Assembly (NCBI GenBank): GCA_051362555.1
Contig: CM120644.1
Location: forward strand, 19,614,534-19,678,533
Direction of reading: 5' to 3'
DNA from: Lingula anatina
Taxonomy: Eukaryota > Animalia > Brachiopoda
DNA: 64,000 bases
Part shown: positions 61,437 through 64,000 of the stretch, piece after piece
How the letters are laid out: every line of letters starts with the position of its first letter
How positions within the stretch are numbered: position 1 is the first letter of the stretch
Made by a program: the position numbers and the translations under genes
Notes under the pieces: model-generated
Told to the model about the DNA's origin: nothing
Seen by the model: the letters and a program-made list of their open reading frames with translations, nothing else
The model's database searches: none

Positions 61437-61859
61437 ATAATTTCTAATATGGTTATATAAGAGCACGCATTTCATATATTTAATGTTCCTACACAGATCA
61501 CATTGTTTTCTGGATCTTTACAGCCTTTCAGCAAGTTTTTTATCTTTTACAATGTAATACCAGATATTTAGGTGAATTTGTGGTGAGACTTTTTATGTTA
61601 ATCCCTTGGGTATTTTATTGCTTTGTCAAAGAAACTTAAAAAACACTTTTAAGACACTAAAAAATTAAGTAGATTGTTTTAAAGATGTATTTTTTATCAT
61701 CTTCCAGCCAGAAGGATGGCCAAGTCCATCAGAGTGAACAGAGGAAACAGTCAACAGGTAAATCAAATATGTGGATCTATCATAAATGAAAACTTATGGA
61801 CTAAAAATAAAAAAGTAAAATTATGAAATCATATTTGAATCTACATGTATTCAAATTAT

Positions 61860-64000
61860 TAATTTTGTTTGCAATTTGTTTTTGTCAATTCGTACTCCTC
61901 TAGTGATCAATTTCCCATAAACTAGACACCTAGAAAAAGACAGACATCTGATCAGTTCTTTCAGTTGCTGAAGTTTTTGTGTTTTTGTTTTTGTTTTTTC
62001 AGAGTAAGTAATACATTGCAATATTGAAATATTTGTTTTGGTTAATTCTCACTCTTCTGATGATGAATTTCCTATAAACTCGACACTTAAAAATAAACAT
62101 ACACAGCTGATCAGCTTATGACAGATTTTTATTATTGTTAAGCATCATTTGTACAAATTTCATAAACATTTGACAAGATTTGACTAAATTATTAATGTTT
62201 AACTATTTTAAGGCCTTTGATTTGCCAGTCTTTTCAATGCAATTTTCAGTTTTCCCAAATATATTGTAAAAAAAAAAAACGCTTTTCATTAGTTACAGTC
62301 AACTGATCAGCTTCTCACAGATTTCTATTAATGTTAATTATCATTTGTTCAAATTTCATAAACATTGGACAAGATTTGACAAAATTATTAATGTTAAACT
62401 ATTTAAAGGCCTGCGATTTGGCAGTCTTTTCAATGAAATTTTCAGTTTTCCCAAATATATTGTCCTAAAAAACACTTTTTATAAGATAAAGTCAACTGAT
62501 CAGCTTATCACATATTTTTATTCTTGTTAAGCATCATTTGTACAAATTTTAGAAATATTGGAAAATTTTTGACAAAATTATTAGCGTTTAACTATTTCAA
62601 GTCCTGCGATTTCCCAGTCTTTTCAATGTGATTTTTAGTTTTCCCAAATATATTTTCAAAAAAAACACTTTTCATTATATACAGTCAACTGATCAGCTTA
62701 TCACAGATTTTAATTGTTGTTAAGCATCATTTGTACAAATTTCAGAAATATTGGACCAGATTTGACAAAATTACTAACGTTTAACTATTTTAAGTCATTG
62801 AATTTGCCAGTCTTTTTAGTGTAATTTTCAGTTCTTCCAGTTATATTGTTCTTTTTCTAGAGTACCCTTATCATGAAAAAGCAGGCAGTGAAAGACAGCA
62901 CCAAGAGCAGCACTATGTCTTATCCATGTGTACAATACATGATATTTGGCAAGATTTAGGACTTTGTCAACTATTGTGATAACAACAACCCCTCCCAGAA
63001 ACCCATTGTAAGGAGTAATCTGCATCTAGCATTGGTAGTAAGGAGAAGTCTTGTATGGGTATATATTGTTTTCCAGATGACAGTTAGAGGTAATTTGCAA
63101 CCTCTTACAAAAACAACCTCAAATCATCACATTTGCTGTTTTCTTTCAGAGTAAATAATACATTGGTTAATTTTCACTCTTCTGATGATCAATTTCCCAT
63201 AAACTTGACACTTAAAAAAAGACACAGACAACTGATTAGATTATCACAGATTTTTATTGTTGTTAAGGATCATTTGTTCAAATTTCAGAAATATTGGACA
63301 AGATTTGTCAAAATTATTAACGTTTAACTATTTTAAGTCATTGAATTTGCCAGTCTTTTCTATGTAATTTTCAGTTCTTTCAGTTATATTGTTCTTTTTC
63401 CAGAGTACCCTTACTATGAAAAAGCAGGAAGTGAAAGACAGCACCAAGAGCAGCACTATGTCTTATGCATGTGTACAATATATGATATTTGGCAAGATTT
63501 AGGACATTGTCAACTATTGTGATAACAACAACCCCTTCCAGAAACCCATTGTAAGGAGTAATCTGCATCTGGCATTGGTAGTAAGGATGAGTCTTGTATG
63601 GGTATATACTGTTTTCCAGATGACAGTTATAGGTAATTTGCAACTCCTACACAAACAACCTCAAAACATCAACAACCTCAATCACATTTGCTGTTTTCTT
63701 TCAGAGTAAATAATATGTTGCAATATTGAAATATTTGTTTTGGTTAATTCTCACTCTTGTGATGATCAATTTCCCATAAACTTGACACATAAAAAAAGAC
63801 ACAGACAACTGATCAGCTCATCCCAGATTTTTATTGTTGTTAAGCATCATTTGTACAAATTTCAGAAACGTTGCACAAGATTTGACTGAATTATTAACAT
63901 TTAACTTTTGTAAATCCTGCGATTTCCCTGTCTTTTCAATGTAATTTTTTTAGTTCTCCCAAACATATTGTCTTAAAAACACTTTTCATTAGATACAGGC
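61860..64000. repeat. Complex AT-rich tandem/segmental repeat (~190-bp subunits plus a ~550-bp duplication)
   Basis: CAACTGATCAGCTTATCACAGATTT recurs; 62690-63150 is repeated at 63240-63710. Confidence 0.85.

Overview
AT-rich, intron-containing animal genomic DNA; the repeat and gene content suggests a mollusc or other lophotrochozoan (inference). Main contents: (1) a nearly intact, young 9.9-kb Ty3/Gypsy LTR retrotransposon (6102-15984; 355-bp LTRs differing at 3 positions I could find; CAAT TSD; tRNA-Ser PBS). Its Gag begins with a ComEA-like helix-hairpin-helix module, it has a -1 frameshift/pseudoknot signal and extra 3' ORFs, and it is nested in a hAT-like element with a 6-bp TSD. (2) A 5-exon secreted EGF+LCCL gene (20868-25789, +). 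(3) A decayed env-bearing endogenous retrovirus-like element (39328-~44000, -) with a baculovirus-F/errantivirus-type envelope and an open accessory ORF downstream of env. (4) An RTEX-like LINE 3' end. (5) A 12-finger C2H2 zinc-finger ORF (-). (6) An orphan HEATR3 3' fragment. (7) An 11-coding-exon gene (58739-54655, -) not resolved by the ORF track, encoding an N-terminal CBM20 domain, a duplicated micro-exon linker and a basic amphipathic Cys tail. MITEs, tandem repeats and pseudogene fragments fill the rest. All calls were made by eye, without database searches.
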